Source of the DNA: the human T2T-CHM13v2.0 reference genome, Homo sapiens
Direction: 5' to 3' (one strand)
DNA: 64,000 nucleotides
Assembly (NCBI RefSeq): GCF_009914755.1
Contig: NC_060934.1
Each line of letters starts with the position of its first letter. The first letter of the stretch is position 1. The notes below the pieces were generated by a model. The model was given only the letters and a program-made list of their open reading frames with translations. It made no database searches and had not been told where the DNA came from. This document shows positions 1-14,310 of this stretch, in pieces. The position numbers and the translations under genes are program-made.

Positions 1-250
1 TTGACATCCCGCCATCTTCATTGTCATGCTTGGTGATCTAGGATCACACAAAGCAGAGGCTCCATCTTCTGAGACGTTGTCAGAAGGTCGATAGTGGCTG
101 AATCACTAGTAGGCACATCACAGTGCCTACGCCATTCACACAACTTCATCCTATCCCACACACATTTTACCATCTCACACCATCACAAGAAGGGTGAGTA
201 TGACAATGAGACAATGAGAAAGAGAGAGACCACGTTCATATAACTTTTCT
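1..250 (+). mobile_element. MER44/Tigger7 (TcMar-Tigger) fragment
   Basis: catcacaagaagggtgagta...gagagagaccacgttcatataactttt matches the recalled MER44/Tigger7 3' region. Confidence 0.7.
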
Positions 251-585
251 CTTTCTCTTTAGAACCAAAACAATGTTCTCAAAAGCCATCTTTTTACCTT
301 TAATTGGTGGCCTATTATATTTGTCCCAATTTATATAGTTTCAGACACCCCTCATCTTCCTACAGGCTCTGCTCCTTTGACAAAGCACCTCCTCTTTTTC
401 ACTGACTCTTCGTTGGCTTCTTTGGCCTTAAATGGAAATTTTTTTATCAAGACTCTGCTATTGTGCCTCTTCATTCTCTATACAATTGGTTCTAAACCTC
501 ACTGTGCTTTTAGAATAACTCCAAGAGACCTCAAAGTGCACACTGTGGAATACTATTCCCAGAGTGTTCCAGTCATTGGCTATAG

Positions 586-928
<343 letters not shown>

Positions 929-1059
929 GGCTTTGGAAATTTATGTCTAAAATGCAGGTGAAGGATGAGAGTAGGAGACAGAGATCAGGAAGTCTTACGT
1001 AAGTCTGGTAGTATAAAGGTCAGATGAAGTACTCAGGAAGGACTGGTCATCTCCTGGGC

Positions 1060-1200
1060 TTTCTGCCCCCAGATCACTTGAGATGTCTGTAGAAAGGCAC
1101 ATTTCCTGACCTATGAGTCTTATCTTTGGGGCTGGGGCCTAGGAATCTGCATGTTTAGTAACCTGCCAAGGGATTTTCATCGCACACTAAGACTTGAGTA
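1060..1200. mobile_element. MER5A-like fragment
   Basis: ggggcctaggaatctgcatgtttagtaac is a typical MER5 motif. Confidence 0.55.
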
Positions 1201-1499
1201 GTTGCTCAAAATGATTCCATCCCCAAAGTCCACGTTCCTTTCCAACTTCTCCCCAGCACCCCAGTCCAGCAGGACCAACGAGGTAAACCCCAAGCTCCCT
1301 AGAGACCCACCTGCTTAGTGAAGAAGCAGAAGGGGAGCAGACGAGCCCCTTCCCTCCATCCTCCTGAGGTCAGAGGTCCTTGCGGATCCCCATTCACTCT
1401 CCCAGTGTGAGGCAGAGAAGCCAGGCACCAACTGTTCTCCGAGTTCGGTGGAACCAAAAGCAATTTAGGGCAATGTGTTCACAGTTCTCCACCCCAAAA

Positions 1500-2200
1500 T
1501 AGGAGCCTCCATGGGGCTTGCTTTAATGAGATTTTACTTTATTAGTTCAAGAGTTAATGAAGAAACTGCTGATAAGATAAATCACCTTAGGTGCGGTGTT
1601 TTGAAATCTAACCATTTCTCTTAGAAATGGATTTTTTTTCCTTTTGGATATGCAAACTAATGATGAAGTCATAGTAGGGATGTAAGTTTTGGTGCCTTTG
1701 GAGGGTCAGGACGTCTGAAGGGAGAACATCTGGCTGAGTGGACAGCTCTTCGAGCCTTACCTTATTTTACATTCTGTCTATAACAGAAACCCATCGCTGT
1801 AAAATGTACATACAGTTCCTTTACGCATTAATACTCCATTGTACCAACCCTATTGATTTTTCCAAGTAGACAAAGGCTAAGGATATGTTTATTGATTGTT
1901 GCTCAGTGCATTTTAAGTGTATTTTGTAATAAAGAGCATTTTGAGACTGAAACAAACTTTCCCTTAACCAATGGGCAAGTTGAAATTTTAATTAAATGTT
2001 ACTAAATATTTTTTGTAAAAAATAAGACTATTCACAATTCTACATTCAATGTCCATCAGCTAATGTAGAGAATTACAATCACGTGCCATGCATGTTACAA
2101 CTAGACCTATGGAGTTAATATAATGTAGGAGTAATGGGAATTACTAATATTGCAAAATGTTGCTCAGGCACCATGTGAAACTGTTGGAAAGACAAGCCAA
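1500..2200. promoter_or_regulatory. candidate conserved non-coding element/enhancer
   Basis: Repeat-free AT-rich block with many TAAT/ATTA cores, TTAATTAA, CACGTG and GATAAG. Confidence 0.4.
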
Positions 2201-2809
2201 CTCATGGAACTTCTGGAACTGACCATTGGAACACAAAGAGACAGAAGGAGGGAAGAGAAGCCAAACCCTGAAGAGCTTTGGTGGAATTACCTAATTTGGG
2301 GTAAAATAGAAAGAACCTTCTCTTTCCCCAGCCCCTTTCTGGAGCAGCCTCCAAAAAGGCTGAGAGTAGGTGCTGAGAAAACATATCTGTCAGACGGATG
2401 GCCAGATAGGAAGCCCTGTTTGGTTAGTGCTTTTTCTTTAAAGAGTAGCTGCATAATAATGATTTCTCTTTTCGTTTACTCATTGTCTTTATTCGAGTGG
2501 GGGCAGCTAAGATTTGCTTGGGGACATTAAAACATCATTTGGAAAATCAACCTTTGGTATTTGCCAGCTCATATTAGTGGATTTGCAGTTTGATAAACCA
2601 CTTGGATAGAGGGGGTGCCATCCTTGTCTCAGGTACCTCACGTGGCTTGAAACGGTGTCCACACTGGAAGAAGACATGTCCTCCATCAAGGGCATCCATG
2701 AAAATTAATGAGTGGTCCAAAACAATTCGTAAGGAGGGTGAGTCGGTTTAACTCCAAATGTGGTTTCAGAGTGGAGTGTGGCACCTGGGTCCCAGTCACC
2801 AGTGGGCTG

Positions 2810-3030
2810 CCACCACTGGTTCCACCTCCAAAGTAATTTTTAAATCTGTCCAGTCTTTATTCTCCACTAACACCATAGTCTGATCTAAGATATGACTTCT
2901 CACTCAGAACAGCACAATAAGCCTCTCAACTGGCTTCCAGCTTCCACTATTCCCACTGTTCGATCCACTTTCTATCTAACAGCCTGAGACATTCTTTCAA
3001 ATGTAAGCTGGATTATACTCCTCTTCCATC
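2810..3030 (+). mobile_element. L2 fragment
   Basis: caataagcctctcaactggcttccagcttccact...cagcctgagacattctttcaaatgtaagctggat resembles the L2 3' region. Confidence 0.7.
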
Positions 3031-3042
3031 ATTTCTCTAGAA

Positions 3043-3432
3043 ATGTGCTGTTCAATACAATGGCCACCAGCAAGCCATGTGTGTCTATTTAAGTTATTTT
3101 TTGGTCTTTTGCTATTTTATTCGGAGGATTATTGCATATATATTCATAATGAGAGTCATCTATTCTTCTTCTTTATGCTTTTAATCAGATGTTGGTTTTG
3201 TATTGTATTTCTTTATAAAACAATTTGAGAAATTATCTATATTTTTATGATTTCAAATACCTATCTAAATTTAAATGAGTTAAAATTTTTAAAAATGAAC
3301 AATCCTTTCCTTGGTTATACTAGCCATGTTTCAAGTGCTCATTAGTCACATGTGGCCAGTGGCGACCATGTTGGGCAGCACAGACATCTAGCATTTTTGT
3401 TTTACCTGAAAGTTCTGTCCATCTGTACTGCT
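3043..3432 (-). mobile_element. MER3 (hAT-Charlie) interrupted by an internal L1 ORF2 fragment (~3095-3260)
   Basis: gctgttcaatac...ctattta | insert | ctatctaaatttaaat...ctagccatgtttcaagtgctcattagtcacatgtggccagtggc...gaaagttctgtcc. Confidence 0.75.
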
Positions 3433-4394
3433 CTTGAAGATGCAGCAGTTTCTCCCTCAAAGTAGTAGGTGGTGCCCAGAGCTCCTGACCAAGCAAGCTG
3501 TATGGTCTCTAAGAACTTTGGGCTTTGAAGGAGTATGGCAAGCTTAATTTGGGGAGCTACTACTTTTTTTTCCCTTTTCTCTTCTCCCTATTCAAGCGGG
3601 CTCCAACGATTCTTGCCTCCATTGAGGTTGGTGGCAGCACCTCCTGACTTTTGTCTAAAAGTCTAAATCCATAGAGAAGGACAAGGTTTGAAAGGAAAGG
3701 AGGAAATTAAGTCCCATGTGAAGAATAAGGCCTGAGGAGAGAAGAATTTTCCCCAAATTAAAGAGAAATTTCCCTAGGTTGGGGAAAGAGAGAGAGAGAT
3801 GATCAGGTCCCATAAGTAGCCTAGACTAGCACCCCAAGGAAGTGCATCAGAGGGCAAGAGGGAATGGCATGGGGGACACCAGGAAGCTGGGTCCTGGGCA
3901 GAGCCCTCCAGCCTCGCGAAAGATGTTGGACCTCAGGCACATCCCAAAGAAAGCAGAGAAGCTGGCCTGAAGAAAGCATCTGGGCCAGGAGAAGGGACCT
4001 CTCTCTCAAGGAGGTAAGGAGCATAGGAGGTGATGGAGGCTCAAGAGGCTCCTTTACACCATGGCCCTGGGCAAGGCCCCAGAACCCAGATAGAACTCCT
4101 GGGGGAAAGAGCCCTCACAGAGTTACGTATTCCATGGAATTATTGGGCTGAGGGCTCAGAGTTGGTGCCACACTGATTGAGGGTGTAAAAGGATGTAGGG
4201 TGTGAATTTTACTCTTTCACAGAACTAGAGCTAGAGTTCAGAGCTGCTTATGGATCAGGCGGCCTTAGTCTTAGTATCCTTGGACAGTCCCCGCCTGTTA
4301 TTCTTAAGATTTGCTTGCTACCCTCTTATTTTGTGTAGAAGGCATCTGAGCCCAGAGAGGCAAAGGCCCTTGCTCCCAAGTTCCCACAGCAGAT

Positions 4395-4945
4395 GACTAA
4401 GAGCTTAGGCATTGACATCAGACTGCTGGAGTTTGGCTGTCTGCGCCACCACCTCTTAAGTGTACAACCTGCAGTGGGTGTCTCATGGCTGCCATGACAA
4501 AATACCTTATACTGGGCAACTTACAAGCAATAGAAATGTATTGCTCACAGTTCTGGAGGCTGGGAAGTCCAAGGTGCAGGGAGATAGGAATCTATCTGGT
4601 GGGGGCTCACTCCGCTTCATAGATGCTACTTTTTCACTGCTTCCTCCCATGGCAAAGGGGACCACAAGCTCCCTCAGACTTCTTTTCTAAAGACACCAGT
4701 CCCATTGATGAGGGTGGATTCCTCACTGAGGCTCCACCTCTTACTACCACCACATTGGGAATTAGGTTTCAACATAGGGATTTGGGAGGAGGGGGACACA
4801 AACATTCTGACCAAGATTGTGGTTATTTGACCTCTGTAAGGTTTTGTTTTCTTAAGGGTGAATGGGACATGATCATGACACTAATGCCCACTTTGAAAGG
4901 CTGCTGTAAGGTATAAGTTACACAGTGTGTATGAGCCTCAGCAGA
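4395..4945 (+). mobile_element. MIR split by an MLT1A LTR
   Basis: MIR 5' part at 4395-4470 and MIR core/3' part at 4815-4945. Confidence 0.55.
4475..4815 (-). mobile_element. MaLR solo LTR (MLT1A-like)
   Basis: gctcacagttctggaggctgggaagtccaag...attaggtttcaacatag...ggggacacaaacatt. Confidence 0.85.
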
Positions 4946-4999
4946 CTACTGAGTCGTTCCATAAATTACCAGCTGGGGCCACAGGCTGGCTCTCCTGGC

Positions 5000-5400
5000 T
5001 CCTCATTCAACATTCCTGCCTCATAATAAAGTCAAAGCAACTGCTAATGAGCAGATCAGAAAGTAAAGTTGTAAAACTTCTGAAGTCCCACTTTTTCTCA
5101 AATTACAGCAACTCCTTTAGCCAAGGGTAAAATACCCTGACCCACTTGGTTAGAGGTTTGCCATCAAGGCCACTGCCGCGTCTAGCTGTGCAGCCAGCAG
5201 AAAATGCGAAACCGTCCAAGCACTTTGGCTTCCGCTCCAAGATGATCTGCATGACATTTGGGTCAATCAATCTAGAGATAATGATTCCTGCTGCAGAGCT
5301 GTGTGTGTCCAATCACACACACAAAATAAGGGTTCCCAATTGATTTTTGTGAACTGGTTTCATTTTCTCGGAAAGCATTTCAGGTCAATGGTGAAGCTAG
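5000..5400. promoter_or_regulatory. candidate conserved non-coding element
   Basis: Repeat-free; CTAATGAG, TGACATT, TCAATCAAT and AGATAA motifs. Confidence 0.4.
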
Positions 5401-5573
5401 GGTGCTGAGAGGAGGTGGCGTGTCTCCACCTAATTTTGCCCAGGAATGTCTGGCTCTCACTGTGCTCTGTGGAATAAAATTGGAATCATCAAGCCCTTTG
5501 AGGAATTACAAGGACATTTTAAAGCAGGACTTTTAATGCGGGGGAATAAGCATAGAGCATCTGCCTGGAGGAG

Positions 5574-5773
5574 ATACACACATACACACACACATACACA
5601 CACATACACATACATACACACACATACACACACACATACACACACACACATACATACACACACATACACACACACATACACACACATACACATACATACA
5701 CATACACACACGTACACACACACGCATACACACACACATACACACATGCCTACGTATACATATATATTCACAT
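5574..5773. repeat. compound (CA)n/(CATA)n microsatellite, ~200 bp
   Basis: Directly visible. Confidence 0.97.
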
Positions 5774-5859
5774 AGGTTTGTCTTTCCAGAATAAGTTTCT
5801 CACAGCAGCACAGTGACAGTTAGGAATCTGTGGGTACTCTTTTCCTGGGCTATTTTTCC

Positions 5860-6900
5860 ACTCTAATGTGTGAACTTCATTTATAATATCCTCAAAATTA
5901 AAGCACAAGGAAACCTAAATGAATAGTTAAAGGGGTAATTAAAAATAGGCAACTGTCCTTGTTTCTCTCCTAAACTGGTTGATTTATGCCTTGTTGTGGT
6001 TTTTTTTTTTTTTGAGAACACAAAACTATTAATTTATGTGTGAAAAGAACAGTGAATTAATCCTAAAGAGCCCTGCAGCCTTTAAAGACCTGAATCATAT
6101 GTTGAGCTCATTTAAAACTTGCATAGGAAATTAAGGTAGAATAAAGCCCTTTAATTTGAAAAGTGCATCTATAGTTGCCATCCCTAGGATATCTGCAGGG
6201 TCATTATTCAGAAAGGTTAAGGAGGACTTTATTTTTTTATATTCACTATGTATTTCCCAGTTACAGCTCACCATGGTGCATTTCAACTTATAAAGAGAAG
6301 GAGATAAAAGGGGGGAGGGGAGCTTTTTATTCACTTTCCACTTAATTTCCTTGCCGCCACGCCAGTCCCAGCTTAATGAATGTAATTGCTACCTTTGATG
6401 AAAATACTATTATCAAGATCACACATTACATTGGAAAACAGTTTTTCTTTAAACACAGCTACTGCAGTCTCTAATTATGCATGTAACAAGTGTCTCCCAA
6501 ACAAAAGAGCATGTTGTCTACAATTGCTAGGAATTGGAGCAAGGCAAATTCGAACAAAGGACAGATTAGATTTGCTCCCCGCTCCACAAAGCCCGTCCCT
6601 CTGATTAATTTCCTGCAAAAACTAAAACAATTCTCTTAAAAGGCGCTCGCCCCCTTCTTCAGAATGATCCATATGCCATTTGGGTCTTTCTATAGGATGA
6701 TAATGGCCTCTGATTTGAACCCGTGTTAGAAAATAAGAAAGGGCTTTTATGAACTTCCTCTTTCATATGCAAATGGACAGCACAAGATCTTGAGGGATAA
6801 TAAGCCCCCCAAAAAGTGACTTTTTAGTGGCTATAAAAGAGCTCATGGTAGGGGAAAGTCTGCATTGAGCCTGTTCAACCCAGTTATTTTATCAGCTTCA
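5860..6900. promoter_or_regulatory. candidate conserved enhancer block
   Basis: TCF CCTTTGATG 6392-6400, SOX AACAAAG 6553-6559, octamer ATGCAAAT 6767-6774, several TAAT cores; no repeats over 1 kb. Confidence 0.5.
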
Positions 6901-7059
6901 AGAAATGAGGCATCTCTGAGAAAATACCTCTGTGCCTGTTGAGACAGTGGCAACAGCTTTTCTGGGGTGGCCTTTCCTAAAAGACAGTTTCTTGACTTAG
7001 GAATAGAATTTTAAAAATGGATTCTGATTAAACAGCAAGTATGCTTGTTAAAGTCTTGT

Positions 7060-7405
7060 CTTAGGAGACCCTAGGTTTTAATTGCGCTTTGCTATTCATT
7101 TGGGAGACTGCATTGGGCAAGTTATCAGGCAAGTTGGGCATGATGTCCTGGGTCTTCATTTCTTTCACTTACCCAGTGTGAGAGGGGAGCGAGATGATCC
7201 TGAATGTGCAACTGCCACAATGTCCCCATTCTACCCCCAGCACTATTCAAACCCAGAAGGAAAAAACCAGCTTAGTCCCCAAAACAATATTAGTTATGAG
7301 GATGAGGTCTAGAGTCAGACAGCCTGGGTTCAAATCTCAGTTCATAATTTACCTCCTGTGTGACCTGGAAAACAATCATCTTTCTATGTCTTTATTTCCT
7401 TGACT
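7060..7405 (+). mobile_element. MIR fragments (two)
   Basis: ggagaccctaggttt...; gagtcagacagcctgggttcaaatctcag...ctgtgtgacctgg. Confidence 0.75.
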
Positions 7406-7439
7406 TTATTTATTTATTTTTGGTGTTTCCTTTATTGTT

Positions 7440-8035
<596 letters not shown>

Positions 8036-8759
8036 ATTTGATTATATTTCCTCAACTTTAAAATGAAATTAACACCAAAAGGACAGTGAGAATTAAATAA
8101 AAGCATACTTGTAAAATGTTTCCAACAATACCCAGTACCTAGGAAGTATTCAAGGAAGGAAGTATTCAATCAATTTTACTTGTTACTCTTATTATTTAAG
8201 ACCTGGAAGACCACTGGTGCTTGATGAAATGAATTTCCCAAAGTACTGCCCGCTGTCTCCTTGAGGCCTGGGGAAATGGCAAAAGGGAAGTGTCATCTTG
8301 GATTGAACCTTATGTCTATCCAATAATGGGAAGGCTACCAGAACTCAATTTAAGGAGGTCGCAGTTAGGTCTGGAGCTGTTTTGGTAAAGCTCTACTGCA
8401 TTAGACGTGAGTTGATTCTTTTCAGAGGCTCCTGCCAGATATGGTCCAGAGAGAATCAGCAGAGCAAACGCCAAATGAAGCAGGCTACCTGCACTGCTCT
8501 TTCTCATAGGAAAGAGGCTCTGGATGCATAAAAAGAGAAACACCACACTCCTGGCTCCTCATTATCTTAGGATTCATTACCTGCATCCAGATCATTTCCT
8601 TAGGGCAGTGAAAGCCATCATAAAGCTATGCTCACTAAAGAACCGAGTACCTATGAAAGTAGCACCCACCGGAATGTCCCCTTCTGCTGAACTCTAGCTG
8701 TCTTTGCTCAACCCTGATCATCTTTACTATCTGTCTCACTAATTGTCAGATGTTCCAAC

Positions 8760-9090
8760 AATACTTTGCAAAGCCCATATAAATTGATGGCAAAACGAAA
8801 CTGCAAATTGTGCCACAGTTGCAGGATTTCTTGGAGTTGTGAAAATGACGCTGGAGAGCCATTAGAATTCTATGAAAAGCCATTGACAAATGAGGATCTG
8901 GCCATTCTTGAGTTAAAGAAAAAAATGGGCAAGAGGGATGACACAGTCGACACTCAAAAGAGAATGATTTGAGTGCTGTGGGTGAAGATATGCCCTTGTG
9001 AAAATGCATGAAGCCTTTGGATAATTTTGCAAAAATGACACTCTAAGACCATGCTGTGAAAATCAACCACAAAGAATGGCCCACAGAGTG
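8760..9090 (+). mobile_element. degraded Tigger/pogo-type transposase C-terminal remnant
   Basis: Translation ENDAGEPLEFYEKPLTNEDLAILE resembles the Tigger/TIGD C-terminal motif E-D-V-x-E-L-L-x-S-H-x-x-x-L-T-x-E-[DE]-L. Confidence 0.5.
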
Positions 9091-9485
9091 AGCCATCATA
9101 CAATTTTGTACTGAAAAACGTATGCCCCCCTCCCAATTAACATTCGATTCATTCTTTGTTCAGTCTAAGATTATAGGTGCAATTATAGCCTTAGTCTAAA
9201 AATGAGATACATCTTTTTTCATAAATTTTAAGGCAAATTGTAAGTTTCAAGACGAACTCTACATCAAACCTCTTTTGTTTCCACCATTTATTACGAGAGG
9301 GTCCATATTTTAAAGAGATTTGTTTAAAGTGGAATTTTTCCTGCACCAATTTGCTAGTTCAGCAAGGACTTCATGTACCGTAGGTGATATCTTGGGAGCC
9401 GCAGGAGACAGTGCACACCCTTTTACATTAAGGCCTCAATGCTGCAGAGCTCCATCCCTTACATACTTTGATCAGTGTGAGCAGG

Positions 9486-9525
9486 ACACACACACGCGCG
9501 CGCGCACACACACACACACACACAC
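9486..9525. repeat. (CA)n(CG)5(CA)n alternating purine-pyrimidine tract
   Basis: acacacacacgcgcgcgcgcacacacacac... Confidence 0.95.
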
Positions 9526-11799
9526 TTCACCTGCAGATTCCACACGAAGTCAGGCTCTCCAGGCCTGTGTTATCCTGGTAGGGAGGGCTTTCCCAGTTCA
9601 GGCGGCTTTCCCATAGCACAGGACTCTATGACTAGTGATCAGAAGGAAAGGGGCCAGGAGCACATCACAGAATATGAAGACCAACCTCCGCAAATCCCAC
9701 CCTCGCCCACTGCCCCATGAGTCATAGAGAGAGTGATGGGGCTGAGAGTCAGCAGAGAGTCCAGAAATGCCCATTTGCATCCACAATTCTGTTCTCTCAG
9801 GAGTCTTCTGGCCCTCGAAGCTGTGTACCTGCCACCTGGTCCCGGCCACAGCCCTGGAGGAGGCCCCGGAGCACAGCAATCTCAATTTCTCAGAAGCAGA
9901 AGTGGAGGTGCTGGGACCAGCCCAAGGGTACCCAGTGCATGCAGAGAACCAGGGCAGCCTGAGCACAGATGGAGGGCTCCTCAAAGTACTCCCCGGAAAG
10001 CCCCACACATCCATCACTCTTCCCATTCCTCATGCTGCCTGGAACTCTGGAAATTGGCTGCTGAGATCGCTCTAAGGAGCCTCAATGGGGACACGGCATT
10101 ACAGACGAGAGCTTTAAGGCGGCATCTCTGAGTCTCGATGGTCTCACAAATGACCGGCCATTTCCTGGTCCACTGGTCAGAGAATTAGCATACTGTGCAT
10201 GGGAGCTGCCTCCATCTGTCTTCTGTGCTCCTCATTACCAGTGGCAAGGTGGAATCGGCACCTAACCTTTGAATCCATGAAGGGTAATGCCCCAAACACT
10301 CCTGAGTAGATGCACTCCCCTGTGACAGCCACATCGAGGGACTCTGGAACGTCCTCCGTGGGCCCATGCAGGCCACATCTGTGTCTGAGGCCCAGGGAGC
10401 AGGTGGACTCCACGAAGAGCAAGGGGTTGAGGAAGGAGCCCTGGCCTCTGCTGGTTCCATGCACTGTTTGTGGGGGACTCAGGCTGTTTGCTTGTCTTAC
10501 CTGGCCTCATCAGTAAATCAGGGGTCTTCCTGGCAGGTCTGAGAGGTCTTCTGAGCTCCAGCTCCAGGGCTGCCTTCCCTAGAAGCCTTTTTTAACCCAG
10601 TCCTCACCTTCTCCCAGTCCTGGAAAACCAGCCACGACTCCATCAACTCCCCTCTGGCCTCTCACAGGCTCTGACCCAGCTCCCCCTGCCCTTAGCTGCA
10701 TTCTCTGGCTCAGTTTCAGCAGCTTCCTCTGTTCACTCAGTGGGAGAAAGTGACCCTGGCTTCTTCCCTGTATTTGCTTCTGGCCACAGCTGCAGTCTGG
10801 GTTGGAGGACAGAATCTCCAGGGGAAGGAAAGGAAGATAAGGCTGAGAGAAGGCAGGGTCCCTAGGATGCCCTGTCTGCCAGAGGGCACCTTCTGACATT
10901 GGCTGGCTCCTGGAGCTGTGGCCTCTATCCTGCAAGGTGGCTGGTGTTTGTTGACAATGCAAACTGAGCCACCTGCGGCTCCCACCCTGGACAGGACTGG
11001 GGTCTGTGCAAAAGGACATTTGACCACTGCTGGGTGCCCCAAACAATTGGTTGCAAGGTGCTCTTTATAAATCTACCGGGTATGGTTTTTTATTGTAGAT
11101 TGCACAGAAAGGCCCCATGGTGGGCCAGGAAGGCCAGGGCTCAAACAGAGCTGGGCTGGACCACGCTGTGGGATGTCACCTTGGACAAGTTCTTTCTAGA
11201 ATTCAAAGCTCAGTTCATTCATCGGTTAAATGGGTGGTGGTACCAGATCGTGGCTACGAAACTTCCCAGCCCTGACCGTCCAGAGGACTCCAAAAATGCT
11301 GGAAGGGACTGGAGAATGTGCCAACTCCGGGGCTTTCCAGCCTTGTTTTGCAGAGTGGTAAGTTTTGGACTAAAGAAACTGGGCCATGTGATTCAAATGC
11401 CCAGCAGCTTGGGGCTGTCACAGTGAGGGTGTGACTGCAGCCTGACCAGAGGCCAGGAAACGCCATCTGGCTCCCAGGCAGCTCTGTCCACCCTGTGGGG
11501 ATGCTGAAGGCTCCCTACATCTGACCTTCTCTCTATAGGGAGGAGAAGGGGGCCCATGGTTGAGGCAGGCCAAGGAAGGGGCAGCCTCATTGCTTAGTTA
11601 ATTTCATCTACTTGTCCATCCATCCACGGCTGCATTCACGTCTTGAGCGCTCAGGGAGCTCCTGTTTTTCCCTCAAGACTCCACTCTGTTTTTGCCCTGC
11701 TGTCCCCCTGCCCACTCCCAGGAATAATGAGGCCCACCTCCCCCTGCCTGAACCACCATCGTCACACAGGCCATCCCTCTACAGTGGCACTTGGAAGGC

Positions 11800-11910
11800 T
11801 TCACGAATGACAGTGAGTCTGTAGACCCCCGGAGGCAGGGCTTTCCGTCCCCCAGCACTTGGCATAGCAGGTGCTTAATCAAGGTTTGCTGAATGAATTA
11901 ATGAATGAGG
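11800..11910 (+). mobile_element. L2 3' tail
   Basis: cagcacttggcatagcaggtgcttaatc...ttgctgaatgaattaatgaatga. Confidence 0.8.
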
Positions 11911-12396
11911 GGAAGAAGTGAGATGAGGAGGCATGGAGATGACATTCCAGGGGGAGGGGCAGTGTAGGCAAAGGCCAGTGGAGGGAAACAACTCAGTGTC
12001 CAGGGACCTGGGATTAATCAGCACTGATGAACATGGGGACACCCTAATGCCCCATTTTGTTCCTCATCTCACAGGTACTTGGGTATTTGCCTTAATATCT
12101 GTATTATTCATTGGACTGCGAGTCCCATAAGCCCATCTGACTATCCCCAGGGTTTTGCCTGTGACCTAGCACATAGTAGGCACTTAATAAGTGATCCTTA
12201 AATGGATTAATTGGATAAGGTAGGAGGGCAAAAAGATGGAAACTACAGGGCCCGTTTGGCAGCTCCACAACCATCAGAGACCCCATGGCACGGCAGGTGC
12301 TTAACCGAGTTTTGCTGAATGAATTAATGAATGAGAGGAAGAAGTGAGATAAGCATATGTGGTGAGCAGGTGTGATGAGCAGATGGGCCCCTTAAA

Positions 12397-13105
<709 letters not shown>

Positions 13106-13199
13106 TAAAAGGAGAAGGGACGAAAGGACACCTCTCTCCCATCTGAGTCAGCTCTCTGTAAGAGATTTCCTCCACTAAATATGGGTTTGTGCTAGATTT

Positions 13200-13465
13200 G
13201 TTCTTTGATAATAATAAGAAATTATTGTTTATTTTGTTAGATGTAAAAGGTATTATGGATATATGAGAAAATGTTCTACCTTTTTGGAGATGCATCCTAA
13301 AATATTTAAAGATAAGATACGATGTCTGTAATGTATTTTTAATTATTTTTCGGAAAAAAGGAAGCAAATATGGCAAAAAGTTAACAACTATTAAATCTGT
13401 ATGAGGGGTATATATGATGCCAATTACCCTTGTCTCTGGACCTTTTTTATGCTTGAAAATTTTCT
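13200..13465 (+). mobile_element. old L1M 3' UTR fragment
   Basis: ggagatgcatcctaaaatattta...gcaaatatggcaaaaagttaacaact. Confidence 0.65.
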
Positions 13466-13471
13466 TTGTGG

Positions 13472-13741
13472 GTTTTTTGTTTTTTGTTTTTTTTTAGATG
13501 TAGTCTCACTCTGTTGCCCAGGCTGGAGTGCACTGGTGCGATCTTGGCTCATTGCAACCTCTGCCACCCGGTTCAAGTGATTCTCCTGCCTCAGCCTCCA
13601 GAGTAGCTGGGATTACAGATGTCCACCACCACGCCTGGCTAATTTTTGTATCTTTTTAAGTAGAGACGGGGTTTTGCCATGTTAGCCAGGCTGGTCTCGA
13701 ACTCCTGACCTCAAGCAATCCGCCCACCTCAGCCTCCCAAA
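13472..13741 (-). mobile_element. AluS, 5' truncated
   Basis: Alu sequence ending at cagcctcccaaa. Confidence 0.93.
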
Positions 13742-13750
13742 CATTCTCTA

Positions 13751-14310
<560 letters not shown>

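Noticed and set aside
5446-5775. His/Thr- and Cys/Val-rich ORFs
   Set aside because: Translation of the (CA)/(CATA) microsatellite
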